Assembly (NCBI GenBank): GCA_005889275.1
Contig: VBFI01000040.1
Location: 22,334-86,333 of the forward strand
DNA from: Chloroflexota bacterium
GTDB lineage: Bacteria; Chloroflexota; Limnocylindria; P2-11E
Reading direction: 5' to 3'
Length of the DNA: 64,000 bases
The notes beneath the pieces are model-generated. The model saw only the letters and a program-made list of their open reading frames with translations, did no database searches and was not told the DNA's origin. The position numbers and the translations under genes were made by a program. Every line of letters starts with the position of its first letter. Within the stretch, counting starts at the first letter, position 1. Shown here piece by piece: positions 1 to 7,609 of this stretch.

Positions 1-284
1 AGCGGACGGACATGGACGAGGTCGAGCACGAGCGCATCGAGCGGCAGCGGTGTGAGGTCTCGCCCGAGGGCCGCGCGCGAGCCGGGTCGTGGCGCGAGTG
101 CCTGCAGCGCGCTGCTCGCGCGGACGCCCGCGAACGCGAGCGCTTGAACGACGCGCTCGGTCTCCTCATCGGCGATCTCGACGAAACGGCCCTCGGGCGT
201 ACGCGCCAGGGTCAGGCCGCCGATCCGCGCGACGGCGCCGTCGAAGTCGCCCGCGGCGATGCGCTCGCAGCGGAGGACGCTCAT
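1..284 (-). CDS. 5' end of next gene in Tad operon (possible CpaE/TadZ-like assembly protein), partial
   Basis: ATG at 284 overlaps the cpaB stop (ATGA). Manual translation MSVLRCERIAAGDFDGAVARIGGLTLARTPEG... continues off the window. Assignment to CpaE/TadZ is by operon context only. Confidence 0.3.
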   Translation of the reverse strand, partial: MSVLRCERIAAGDFDGAVARIGGLTLARTPEGRFVEIADEETERVVQALAFAGVRASSALQALAPRPGSRAALGRDLTPLPLDALVLDLVHVRP

Positions 285-931
285 CAGCGCGACCCGGCGA
301 GCGTCAGGATGAACGTGCTCGTGGCGATGCGATCCGCGAAGCGGACCTCGTCGGCTCGTTCGATGGCGATCACCACGCTGCCGATCCGTTCCGTGACGGC
401 CGCGATGCCACCCTTCGGGACGAGGGCTCCGTAGGGCGCGCCGGTCTCCGTCCGGACATCGAGAACGAGCGCCGCCGGTGCGACGATCTCGGTCACGCGC
501 CCGGCGGGCGCCCGGCCTCCGATCGGGACCGCGAGCACGTCCACGAGCGCGCCCGGGACCAGCGCGCCGCCGACTGACTGCGCGGCGCTCACCGGCAGCG
601 CGACGGCCCGCATCCCCGGCGGCACCGCGATTCCCGTCCGAAACGAGGCCGCCTCGTCGCCGAGCGCGTCGCCGAGCAGGATCTGCCCCTTCCACAGCGG
701 GGCGCGCGGCACGCGCCCGACCGCCCGGGATGGGTCCGTGAGGGCGCCGGCGGGGATGGCATCGGGCGGGAGCGCGGCGAAGCTGAGATCGTCGCTTTGC
801 AGCGCGTGCGTCGCGTCAAGGTCGCGCGCCGCGACGACGATCCCCGTCCGCTGCGCGCCGACGTAATAGAGGACGCCGGCGAGCGCGCCGGCCGTGAGGG
901 CGAGGGCGAGCAGCGCGCGCTGGCCGATCAT
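284..931 (-). CDS. cpaB: Flp pilus assembly protein CpaB/RcpC (SAF domain)
   Basis: 215 aa with N-terminal TM helix, then VVAARDL...AGTVL...AVGRV...PLWKGQIL, typical of CpaB/RcpC family. Confidence 0.8.
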   Translation of the reverse strand: MIGQRALLALALTAGALAGVLYYVGAQRTGIVVAARDLDATHALQSDDLSFAALPPDAIPAGALTDPSRAVGRVPRAPLWKGQILLGDALGDEAASFRTGIAVPPGMRAVALPVSAAQSVGGALVPGALVDVLAVPIGGRAPAGRVTEIVAPAALVLDVRTETGAPYGALVPKGGIAAVTERIGSVVIAIERADEVRFADRIATSTFILTLAGSR

Positions 932-1872
932 TCAGCGAGCGCGGGCGAGCGCACCGTCACCGCGATCGTGGCCTCGATGGAGCCTTGCTGACCCGACGGC
1001 GTGTCGACAAGAAGCATGAAGCGCAGCTGGTACGTCTCGCCTGGCGGCGGCAGCCGGCGCCAGGCGGATCTGAAGGGGACGCTTCCCGGGCCGGCGACGG
1101 CGAGAGCGTCTCCGCGGTCCCCCGCGACGAGTGTCCAGCTCCGCACGGGGATCTCCCGAGGTCCGGCGAACGCCCGCAGTCGGATGGTCACGGGTCTTCC
1201 GCGCAGCACCTCGACGTGCAGGAGCTGACCGCTGACCGGGGTATCCAACCGGCCGGGACGGAGCTCAGGCCCGGGAGCCTGCGGTCGATCGGGCTGCTCC
1301 CGCGGAGCCCACGCTGCCGGGGCGATCGGGCAGCAGGGTACGGTCCCGGTCTCGATCGTCGCCGACGCGGTCGGGCCGATGATCGTCGGGCCGGGCTTGT
1401 CAGCGGCCACCTCGCGATCGCCCGCGAGTCTCGCGAGCTCGGAGTCGTCCTGGAAGAAGACCACGCTCACCGGCACGAACCCATCTGAGGTCAGGACGTA
1501 GTTCTCGTAGTAGGTCCCGGCGACCGGTCGTCCGTCACCGAGCGACGCTCGGCCGTTGAACGCGGCGCCGTCGAAGCTGCTCTCGGCGCCGGTCACCACC
1601 GTGTCGAGGACGCGCGCGTAGCTTCCAGTCGACTCGTGCACGGTCGTCGTGCTGTACGTCGTGAGCAGGCCGTTCCTCGTGGTGACGTCGGCGACGTACG
1701 TGTCGGTGACGTAATAGATCCCCGGTGGGGCCGCCAGGTCCGACGCGGGCTCGAGTGTTGGGCCCCGTGGCGTCGGCGCGCTCCAGCGTTCACGATCCGG
1801 GTCCCAGGCGAAGGCGGGGCTCGCGCAGGCGAGGGTCACAAGGACCGCGAGCAGGCCGGCACGAGCGATCAT
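928..1872 (-). CDS. secreted hypothetical protein embedded in tad operon
   Basis: 314 aa, signal peptide MIARAGLLAVLVTLACASPAFA. 4-nt overlaps with tadE-like upstream (1869-1872) and cpaB downstream (928-931). No family recognised. Confidence 0.6.
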   Translation of the reverse strand: MIARAGLLAVLVTLACASPAFAWDPDRERWSAPTPRGPTLEPASDLAAPPGIYYVTDTYVADVTTRNGLLTTYSTTTVHESTGSYARVLDTVVTGAESSFDGAAFNGRASLGDGRPVAGTYYENYVLTSDGFVPVSVVFFQDDSELARLAGDREVAADKPGPTIIGPTASATIETGTVPCCPIAPAAWAPREQPDRPQAPGPELRPGRLDTPVSGQLLHVEVLRGRPVTIRLRAFAGPREIPVRSWTLVAGDRGDALAVAGPGSVPFRSAWRRLPPPGETYQLRFMLLVDTPSGQQGSIEATIAVTVRSPALAE

Positions 1873-2351
1873 CGCGGGGACCCGATCGCCAGGACGCTCA
1901 CGACGGTGACCGGGCGAAAGGCGAGCGCGCCGAAGATCGGCGTCCGCAGCGGCACGTCGGCGAGGATGCGCACGGCGGGGCTGTCGTACCGAGCGCCAGT
2001 GCGGGCATCGACCGCCGGCGCTATCGGGTAGGCGGCGACATCGGCCGCGGCGGCGACCTCCTCCGCGGGCGACGCGAGCAGGGACGTGGACATCTCGAGC
2101 TCCCGGGCAAAGTACTCACGCGCGACGGTCGCCGCGTCGCTCGCCAAGCGAAGCCGTCCGGTGCTTGCCAGCTCAGCGTCGTCCTGATCGTTGACCGCGA
2201 CGAGCACCGCGAGGTCGGCCGCGGACCGAACGCGCGCGGCCGAGACGCGGAGCGCGCCAAGCTGCAAAACCCCCGCGAGGACGACGAGGAGCAGCGGCAG
2301 CAGCGCGATCGTCGTGACCGCGGCCATTCCGCCCTCGTCGCGAGCAATCAA
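1869..2351 (-). CDS. TadE-like pseudopilin
   Basis: 160 aa. N-terminus AAVTTIALLPLLLVVLAGVLQLG is a TadE/TadG-like hydrophobic segment. ATGA overlap with upstream tadE-like gene. Confidence 0.7.
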   Translation of the reverse strand: MIARDEGGMAAVTTIALLPLLLVVLAGVLQLGALRVSAARVRSAADLAVLVAVNDQDDAELASTGRLRLASDAATVAREYFARELEMSTSLLASPAEEVAAAADVAAYPIAPAVDARTGARYDSPAVRILADVPLRTPIFGALAFRPVTVVSVLAIGSPR

Positions 2352-2743
2352 CGGTTGACCTCGCCGCGCGAGATCGCGCTCGACCGCAGCGGCAGCGTGA
2401 CGGAGAAGAGAAACGGGATCGCGACGGGATGCTCGCTCGTGACGCTCACGCGAACGGGCTCGCGCCAGCCGACCCGGGCCGGGACCACCTCAACGACGAC
2501 CCTGTCCGGGTCGATCCCCGATCCTCGTAGCTGATCGGCAAGCAGCTGATGGACCTCTGGCAGGTCGCCGCCGACCTCGCCGGCGAGCCGCGCCGCCTGT
2601 ACGGTCGCCGCGTCCTGCGCGAGCCAGCGCTCGAGGGCGGATCCGAATTCGAGGATCGCGAAAAGGATCGGGACGAGGATGGCGATCATGAGCGTCGCCT
2701 CGAGCGTCGCGAGGCCCCCCGAATCGCGTTGCGCCCTTCTCAC
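2348..2743 (-). CDS. TadE-like pseudopilin
   Basis: ORF track gives 2348..2917, but the TadE motif LEATLMIAILVPILFAILEFGS begins near a GTG at 2743 that overlaps the flp stop (GTGA). Upstream part is Arg-rich extension. Confidence 0.7.
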   Translation of the reverse strand: MRRAQRDSGGLATLEATLMIAILVPILFAILEFGSALERWLAQDAATVQAARLAGEVGGDLPEVHQLLADQLRGSGIDPDRVVVEVVPARVGWREPVRVSVTSEHPVAIPFLFSVTLPLRSSAISRGEVNR

Positions 2744-2910
2744 CGGACCGCCTGCATCTGGGAGACGAGCGCGGTGAGCCGCGCGACGAGGCCGTTGTTC
2801 CAGGCGGACACCCCGATGACAAGGGTCCCCAGGACGACGGCCGCGCCGATGATGTATTCGATCGTCGCGAGACCCTCGGACCGCGAAACGAACCGGCGCA
2901 GCACACGCAT
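2740..2910 (-). CDS. flp: Flp/Fap family pilin (56 aa); missed by ORF track because <60 aa
   Basis: Manual translation MRVLRRFVSRSEGLATIEYIIGAAVVLGTLVIGVSAWNNGLVARLTALVSQMQAVR has the G/ATIEY Flp prepilin motif. GGGGGAG Shine-Dalgarno 8 nt upstream of ATG. First gene of tad operon. Confidence 0.7.
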   Translation of the reverse strand: MRVLRRFVSRSEGLATIEYIIGAAVVLGTLVIGVSAWNNGLVARLTALVSQMQAVR

Positions 2911-2961
2911 GAGACAACTCCCCCGCGCTGATGCGGGAAAGCTCTCAGCGAAGCGCGTTCC

Positions 2962-3000
2962 CTGCGATGGTCAGATCGGCCGGTACCGGAGTACCGGCCG
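2962..3000. promoter_or_regulatory. GC-rich inverted repeat (GGCCGGTAC-CGGA-GTACCGGCC) between ACT-protein gene 3' end and flp promoter
   Basis: Perfect 9-bp stem read directly in the sequence. Could be a terminator for the ACT gene or an operator for flp. Confidence 0.3.
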
Positions 3001-3006
3001 TGCCGA

Positions 3007-3402
3007 TCAGCGGCGGCCGAGCGCCTTGTTCGCCGCGCGCGCGTCCTTCACGCCGACGCCGAGCGTCGTGCTCTTCTTCGATTGGCCGACCATGTAGGCC
3101 GACTCGATGTTCACCTTCGCCTTGCCGAGCCGCTTCGCGGCCCGTGCGAAGGTGCCCGGCTTGTCCGCGAGGCGCACCTCGACGAGCTTGCGATCGGAAG
3201 CGATCCGGAACTTGCCGCGCTTGAGCGCGCGCCGCGCCTTTCCGGCGTCCTTGTCGTCGACGACGATGTGGATGATCCCCTGCCCGCCGCCGGTTGTCGC
3301 CGCGATGCTGCGCATGTTCACGCCCGCCTCGCCAAGCGCGCCCGCGAGAGCGCCGAGCTGTCCCGCGCGATTGGGTAGCTTCACCGTGAGCTCGACAGCC
3401 AT
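3007..3402 (-). CDS. ACT domain protein
   Basis: 131 aa with two short ACT-like repeats (RAGQLGALAGALGEAGVNM...; GTFARAAKRLGKAKVNI). Confidence 0.55.
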   Translation of the reverse strand: MAVELTVKLPNRAGQLGALAGALGEAGVNMRSIAATTGGGQGIIHIVVDDKDAGKARRALKRGKFRIASDRKLVEVRLADKPGTFARAAKRLGKAKVNIESAYMVGQSKKSTTLGVGVKDARAANKALGRR

Positions 3403-3675
3403 GCCATTCCCTCCGCGGTTCTTTCGAGAGGGCCGATTCTAGTTAGAGCCGCTCCGCCCAGTGCCTGGCGCCCCAGGCCACCAGGAAGTACCGGATCCGG
3501 TCGCTGCGCCTGCGAGCCGCGGCAGAGGTCTGGGCCGGGTGTGTGAGCGCACGCAGAAGACCGATGAGCCGTTCCACGAGCGATTCCTCCTCCCAGGTCA
3601 TGGCGGTAGGGTGCGCTCTCTCTCGCCGCGACTCGACCGCGCACGACACGGAGCGAACGTGTCACGTGATGCGTT

Positions 3676-4281
3676 CTAGCGGGCCTTCGCTATCCCCGTC
3701 TTGATCTGCTCTTCGGTGAGCGGGCCGCCGAGCTCGAGGTGGCGGATGACGCCGGTGCGGTCGATGAAGAACGTGCTCGGGAGGCTGAGCACGCCGAAGC
3801 GACGGGTGGTCGCTCCATCCGTGTCCAAGATGGGCTGGAGCCGGTCGAGCGCGAGCTGGTCCATGAACGAGCGGACCTTGTCGCCGGGCTCCTGAAGGTC
3901 GATCTCCAGGAAGACGATGTCCGGCTCGGTCCCAGCGACACGCTGTAGCGCCGGCATCTCCTGGCGGCACGGCTGGCACCACGTCGCCCAGAAGTTCACG
4001 ACGACGACTTTCCCCCGGGAGGCCGAGAGGCGGAGGGTCTGCCCGGTCGGGACGTTGTACTCGAAGTCCGGCGCGTACGCGCCGATCCGGCCGGCCATCC
4101 CTTCACCCTCGATCTGCGCGCGGATCACCCCGACGTTCGTCGGTCCGGTGAAGGGCTGGTTGAAGGGCAGCGCCGGCCACACGAGGGCGGCGAGCGACGC
4201 GAGGGCGATCGCGCCGATGATGATCGCCGCGAGCCACCGCGGCAGCGCCGTCGGGCGCTGCGTCACTTCCGCGCTGCTCAT
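3676..4281 (-). CDS. TlpA/ResA-family thiol-disulfide oxidoreductase (membrane-anchored thioredoxin)
   Basis: Start at internal ATG (MSSAEV...) overlapping the ccdA stop. TM anchor plus VVVNFWATWCQPCRQEMP thioredoxin active site. ORF-track N-terminal 200 aa are Arg-rich extension. Confidence 0.8.
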   Translation of the reverse strand: MSSAEVTQRPTALPRWLAAIIIGAIALASLAALVWPALPFNQPFTGPTNVGVIRAQIEGEGMAGRIGAYAPDFEYNVPTGQTLRLSASRGKVVVVNFWATWCQPCRQEMPALQRVAGTEPDIVFLEIDLQEPGDKVRSFMDQLALDRLQPILDTDGATTRRFGVLSLPSTFFIDRTGVIRHLELGGPLTEEQIKTGIAKAR

Positions 4282-4967
4282 CCGAGGAGCGGCAGGAAGT
4301 TGAACAGCTGCGCGAGCCGCGCGAACTGCCCGGACACGAGGACCAGACCCATCACGATGACGAGCGTACCGCCCACGGCGTTCACCAGACGGACATGCGC
4401 CGCGAGCGCGCGCGCGACGCGCCGCGCGGCTCCGAGGCCACCGGCGAGCAGCAGGAACGGGACGCCGAGCCCGAGAGCGTACGCGAGGAGGAGCGCCGCG
4501 CCGGATGCGAGATCGGAGTTGAGCAGGAGGTCGAGGATGAGGGCCAGGTAGGGGCCGACGCACGGTGTGAAGCCGATGCCGAAGGCGATCCCGATGAGAA
4601 AGCTTCGCGCGAAGCCGGTCGTGCCTCCCTCGAGGCGCAGGTCGAGCCCCTGCGCGAGGAATGGGATGCGGATGAGCCCGAGCATCTGCATCCCGAGGAC
4701 GACGAGCAAGAGTCCGCCGATGCGCTGGAGCCAGACGACCATCTCGCCGGCGAGCGCGCCGACGAGCGCGACCGCGACCCACAGGAGCGTGAACACGGCC
4801 GAGAACCCGACGACGAAGGCGAGCGCGTGCGCGATCGTGCGTGCCCGCTGCGTCCCCGCGAGCGCCGCCTCGCCGGCCATGTCGACAAGGAATGCGGGCA
4901 CGAGCGGAAGCACGCATGGCGAGAGGAACGAGAGCATCCCCGCGCCGAACGCGATGGCGATGTTCAC
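4278..4967 (-). CDS. ccdA: cytochrome c-type biogenesis protein CcdA (DsbD TM domain)
   Basis: GTG start at 4967 (VNIAIAFGAGMLSFLSPCVLPLVPAF...). Two conserved Cys in TM helices (SPCVLP, FTPCVGP). Confidence 0.8.
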   Translation of the reverse strand: MNIAIAFGAGMLSFLSPCVLPLVPAFLVDMAGEAALAGTQRARTIAHALAFVVGFSAVFTLLWVAVALVGALAGEMVVWLQRIGGLLLVVLGMQMLGLIRIPFLAQGLDLRLEGGTTGFARSFLIGIAFGIGFTPCVGPYLALILDLLLNSDLASGAALLLAYALGLGVPFLLLAGGLGAARRVARALAAHVRLVNAVGGTLVIVMGLVLVSGQFARLAQLFNFLPLLG

Positions 4968-5482
4968 TCGGAGCGCTCCCTCGCGTAGCGGAGAAGCTCG
5001 AGACCGTAGAAGCGCGCCGGCCCTTCGAGCGTCATCGCGCACTTCTCGGCGACCCGTCGCGAACGGACGTTGTCCGGGAGGATGAGGGCGACGATGCGCC
5101 CGAGCGCGAGCTCGCCGAAGCCGTAGTCCAGGAGCGCGCGTGCCGCCTCGGTGCCGTAGCCCCGGCCCCACGCGCGCGGGGCGAGCTCGTACGCGACCTC
5201 GACCTCCGGTCCTTTTCCTTCGACCGGGAAGAGGCCGACCTGTCCGAGGAACTCGCCGCTCGCGCGCGCGTCCAGCGCCCATAGCCCGAGGCCGGGCGGT
5301 TGCCGCGCGGTGAACGCCATCGTGCGGCTGAGCCGCTGCGTGGTCTCGGCCACATCCTTGGACGGCGGGCTCGGCGTCCACTTCATCACCTCGGCCGACC
5401 CGAAGACGTCATGCAGAGCGAGGGCGTCATCCTCGCGGTACGGGCGGATCACGAGGCGTTCGGTCTCGAGCGGGAGCGGCAC
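4964..5482 (-). CDS. GNAT family N-acetyltransferase (RimJ/RimL-like)
   Basis: 172 aa. ...LVIRPYREDDALALHDVF...; acetyl-CoA site RAWGRGYGTEAARALLDYGF. Confidence 0.7.
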   Translation of the reverse strand: MPLPLETERLVIRPYREDDALALHDVFGSAEVMKWTPSPPSKDVAETTQRLSRTMAFTARQPPGLGLWALDARASGEFLGQVGLFPVEGKGPEVEVAYELAPRAWGRGYGTEAARALLDYGFGELALGRIVALILPDNVRSRRVAEKCAMTLEGPARFYGLELLRYARERSE

Positions 5483-5483
5483 C

Positions 5484-6635
5484 CTAGCCGATCGCTTGCG
5501 CGAGGTCGGCGATGAGATCCGCGATGGTCTCGATCCCGACCGAGAGTCGGACGAGACCGGCGGGTGGCGCGAGCTTCGTGCCTCGCACCGAGCCGTGAGT
5601 CATGGCGAGCGGGACCTCGATGAGCGATTCCACACCGCCCAGGGATTCGCCGAGCGCGAAGATGCGCGTCCTCGCGGCCATGCGGCGCGCGGCGGCCTCG
5701 CCTCCGCGCAGCTCGAACGAGAGCATCCCGCCGAACAGGCGCATCTGGCGCTTCGCGAGCTCGTGCTGTGGATGGGTGCGCAAGCCCGGATAGTTCACCC
5801 GCGTCACCTTTGGATTGCCGGCGAGCCACTCCGCGATCGCCTGCGCGTTCGCCGCGTGCCGCTCCATGCGCACCGCGAGCGTCTTCGTCCCGCGGAGGAC
5901 GAGCCATGCGTCGAAGGGGCCGGGGACCCCGCCCGCGGCGTTCTGGATGAAGGCGAGCCGCGTCCGGAGAAGGGGGTCGTTCCCGGCGAGGGCGCCGCCG
6001 ACGACGTCGGAATGGCCGCCGAGGTACTTCGTCGTCGAGTGCAGCACGAGGTCCACGCCGAGCTTGAGTGGCTGCTGCAGATACGGGCTCGCGAAGGTGT
6101 TGTCCGCGATCGCGAGCGCGCGCGCGCGATGCGCGATCTCCGCGAGCGCGGCGACGTCGAGAACCTTGAGGAGCGGGTTCGACGGCGTCTCGATCCACAT
6201 GAGCTTCGTCTTGCGGCGGATGGCCCGGCGGACCGCCGCGGGACGCCTCATGTCGACGGCGGTGAGCGAGATGCCGGCGCGGTCGAATACCCGCGCGAAG
6301 AGCCGGTAGGTCCCGCCGTACACGTCGTCCCCCATGACGACGTGATCGCCCTCCTCGAGGAGGTGCGCGACAGCGTCGCTCGCGGCCATGCCCGATGCGA
6401 ACGCGAGCGCCCACCGTGCCCCTTCGAGCGAGGCAAGACACGTTTCGAGCGCGGTCCGCGTAGGGTTGCCCGTCCGCCCGTACTCGAAGCCCTTGTTCTT
6501 GCCGACGGCGACCTGCGCGAAGGTGGAGGTCTGAAAGATCGGGACGACGACCGCGCCGGTCGTGACCTCGGGTTCCTGGCCCGCGTGGATCGCGAGCGTC
6601 TCGAATCCGGCTTTGCGGCCAGCCGACCTCACCAC
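5484..6635 (-). CDS. metB: cystathionine gamma-synthase/gamma-lyase (Cys/Met metabolism PLP enzyme)
   Basis: 383 aa. PLP-lysine motif STTKYLGGHSDVVGG; full-length homology to the MetB/MetC family. Confidence 0.8.
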   Translation of the reverse strand: MVRSAGRKAGFETLAIHAGQEPEVTTGAVVVPIFQTSTFAQVAVGKNKGFEYGRTGNPTRTALETCLASLEGARWALAFASGMAASDAVAHLLEEGDHVVMGDDVYGGTYRLFARVFDRAGISLTAVDMRRPAAVRRAIRRKTKLMWIETPSNPLLKVLDVAALAEIAHRARALAIADNTFASPYLQQPLKLGVDLVLHSTTKYLGGHSDVVGGALAGNDPLLRTRLAFIQNAAGGVPGPFDAWLVLRGTKTLAVRMERHAANAQAIAEWLAGNPKVTRVNYPGLRTHPQHELAKRQMRLFGGMLSFELRGGEAAARRMAARTRIFALGESLGGVESLIEVPLAMTHGSVRGTKLAPPAGLVRLSVGIETIADLIADLAQAIG

Positions 6636-6656
6636 GCGGACGAGTATGGCGGGCGG

Positions 6657-7280
6657 CTAGTTCGCGATCTTGTCGTGGTCGCGCACGGTCGCCCGCTGCT
6701 CCTCGACGAGCGCTTCGACCCGCTCGCTGTACTCGAGCGCTGCGCGCGTGCGTGCCCGGACGGCGTCGAGCAGCGGGCCCATGGTCGCATCGGTGGGCAG
6801 CTCGGCGGCGAGCTTGACCGCGACGTCGAGCTCGCGCAGCACCTCGCGCAGCGAGACAAGTGATTCGGAGAGCTCCGGCGGCGCCTGGGGCGAGAGCCCC
6901 GCCTGCGCGGCGATCTCGAGCGAGGGACCGTCGATGCTGCGGACGTGGCCGCTGAGCTGCCGGCGGAGGCCCGCGATGTCCGCTGAAAGAGCCGCGTAGC
7001 CGCGCTGATCGGCGTCGGCCCAGGCGCGTGTGAGATTCACGAGCTCAACACGGTTTTCGGCGCCGTATCGCTCGAGCAGGCGGGAGATGTGCGCCTTGAC
7101 CCCCTGCTCCGAGATGCCCAGCTCCGCCGCGACCTCCTTGTTCGTCGCGCCGCGCGCGACCATGCGCACGATCTGGTGCTGCCGAGGCGTGAGCGGGCGG
7201 TCCTTGGCCATGCGCCGAAAGTCTATAGCCTTTCGTACATATCGAGGCTCAGATGGCCTCACCGGGCGGCGTACGACCAC
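6657..7280 (-). CDS. LuxR-family HTH transcriptional regulator
   Basis: LTPRQHQIVRMVARGATNKEVAAELGISEQGVKAHISRL helix-turn-helix at N-terminus. Start may be the internal ATG at 7211. Confidence 0.6.
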   Translation of the reverse strand: MVVRRPVRPSEPRYVRKAIDFRRMAKDRPLTPRQHQIVRMVARGATNKEVAAELGISEQGVKAHISRLLERYGAENRVELVNLTRAWADADQRGYAALSADIAGLRRQLSGHVRSIDGPSLEIAAQAGLSPQAPPELSESLVSLREVLRELDVAVKLAAELPTDATMGPLLDAVRARTRAALEYSERVEALVEEQRATVRDHDKIAN

Positions 7281-7291
7281 CGTGCACTTGG

Positions 7292-7609
7292 ATGATGGCG
7301 CGTCATCGTCGAGAACCGACGGCCGTGGGGACCGAGAGCGACCGTGGGCTGATCGCCTTCGTGTGCGTGAGGTCCGCGCACCACAACGGCAAAGCGCCGC
7401 CGGACCACCTCACGATCCACGACGGGCAGTGGGCCTACTGCCCGCAAGACTCGCGAGCGGACGAGCACGAGTGGCAGCCGACGGGCGGGGTGCGCCTGAG
7501 CGACATGCGGGCGGTCGTGCGGCGCCTGAAGGACGGCTCCCAGCCGCTTCTCTCTAGCGCGTCGCGCGCCGCTGGTGCGCGACGAACTCGAGGAGGTCGG
7601 CTTTCGTGA
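7292..7609 (+). CDS. candidate small Cys/His-containing protein in the 273-nt gap between the LuxR gene and cbs
   Basis: ORF 7253..7609. Strong GC3 codon bias; non-junk sequence GLIAFVCVRSAHHNGKAPPDHLTIHDGQWAYCPQDSRADEHEWQPTGG. Start uncertain, no clear SD; tail overlaps cbs 3' end. Confidence 0.3.
   Translation: MMARHRREPTAVGTESDRGLIAFVCVRSAHHNGKAPPDHLTIHDGQWAYCPQDSRADEHEWQPTGGVRLSDMRAVVRRLKDGSQPLLSSASRAAGARRTRGGRLS

Noticed and set aside
3443-3649. 68-aa minus-strand ORF between the ACT gene and tlpA
   Set aside because: Possible 52-aa protein (MTWEEESLVERLIGLLRALTHP...) with moderate GC3 bias but no SD and no recognisable family. Too weak to list as a feature.
3676-4917. N-terminal ~210 aa of the 413-aa ORF (and similar N-terminal extensions on cbs, thrC, MFS, ATP-grasp, HK, RR, LLM 32807, Tag, TPP enzyme, ABC ATPase)
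   Set aside because: Extensions are Arg-rich and overlap upstream genes. Conserved domains begin at internal ATG/GTG/TTG codons that coincide with 4-nt stop/start overlaps, so the shorter models were used.
5310-6863. 517-aa plus-strand ORF antisense to metB
   Set aside because: Arg/Glu/Asp-rich low-complexity shadow ORF typical of high-GC DNA. The opposite strand encodes a full-length, motif-bearing PLP enzyme.
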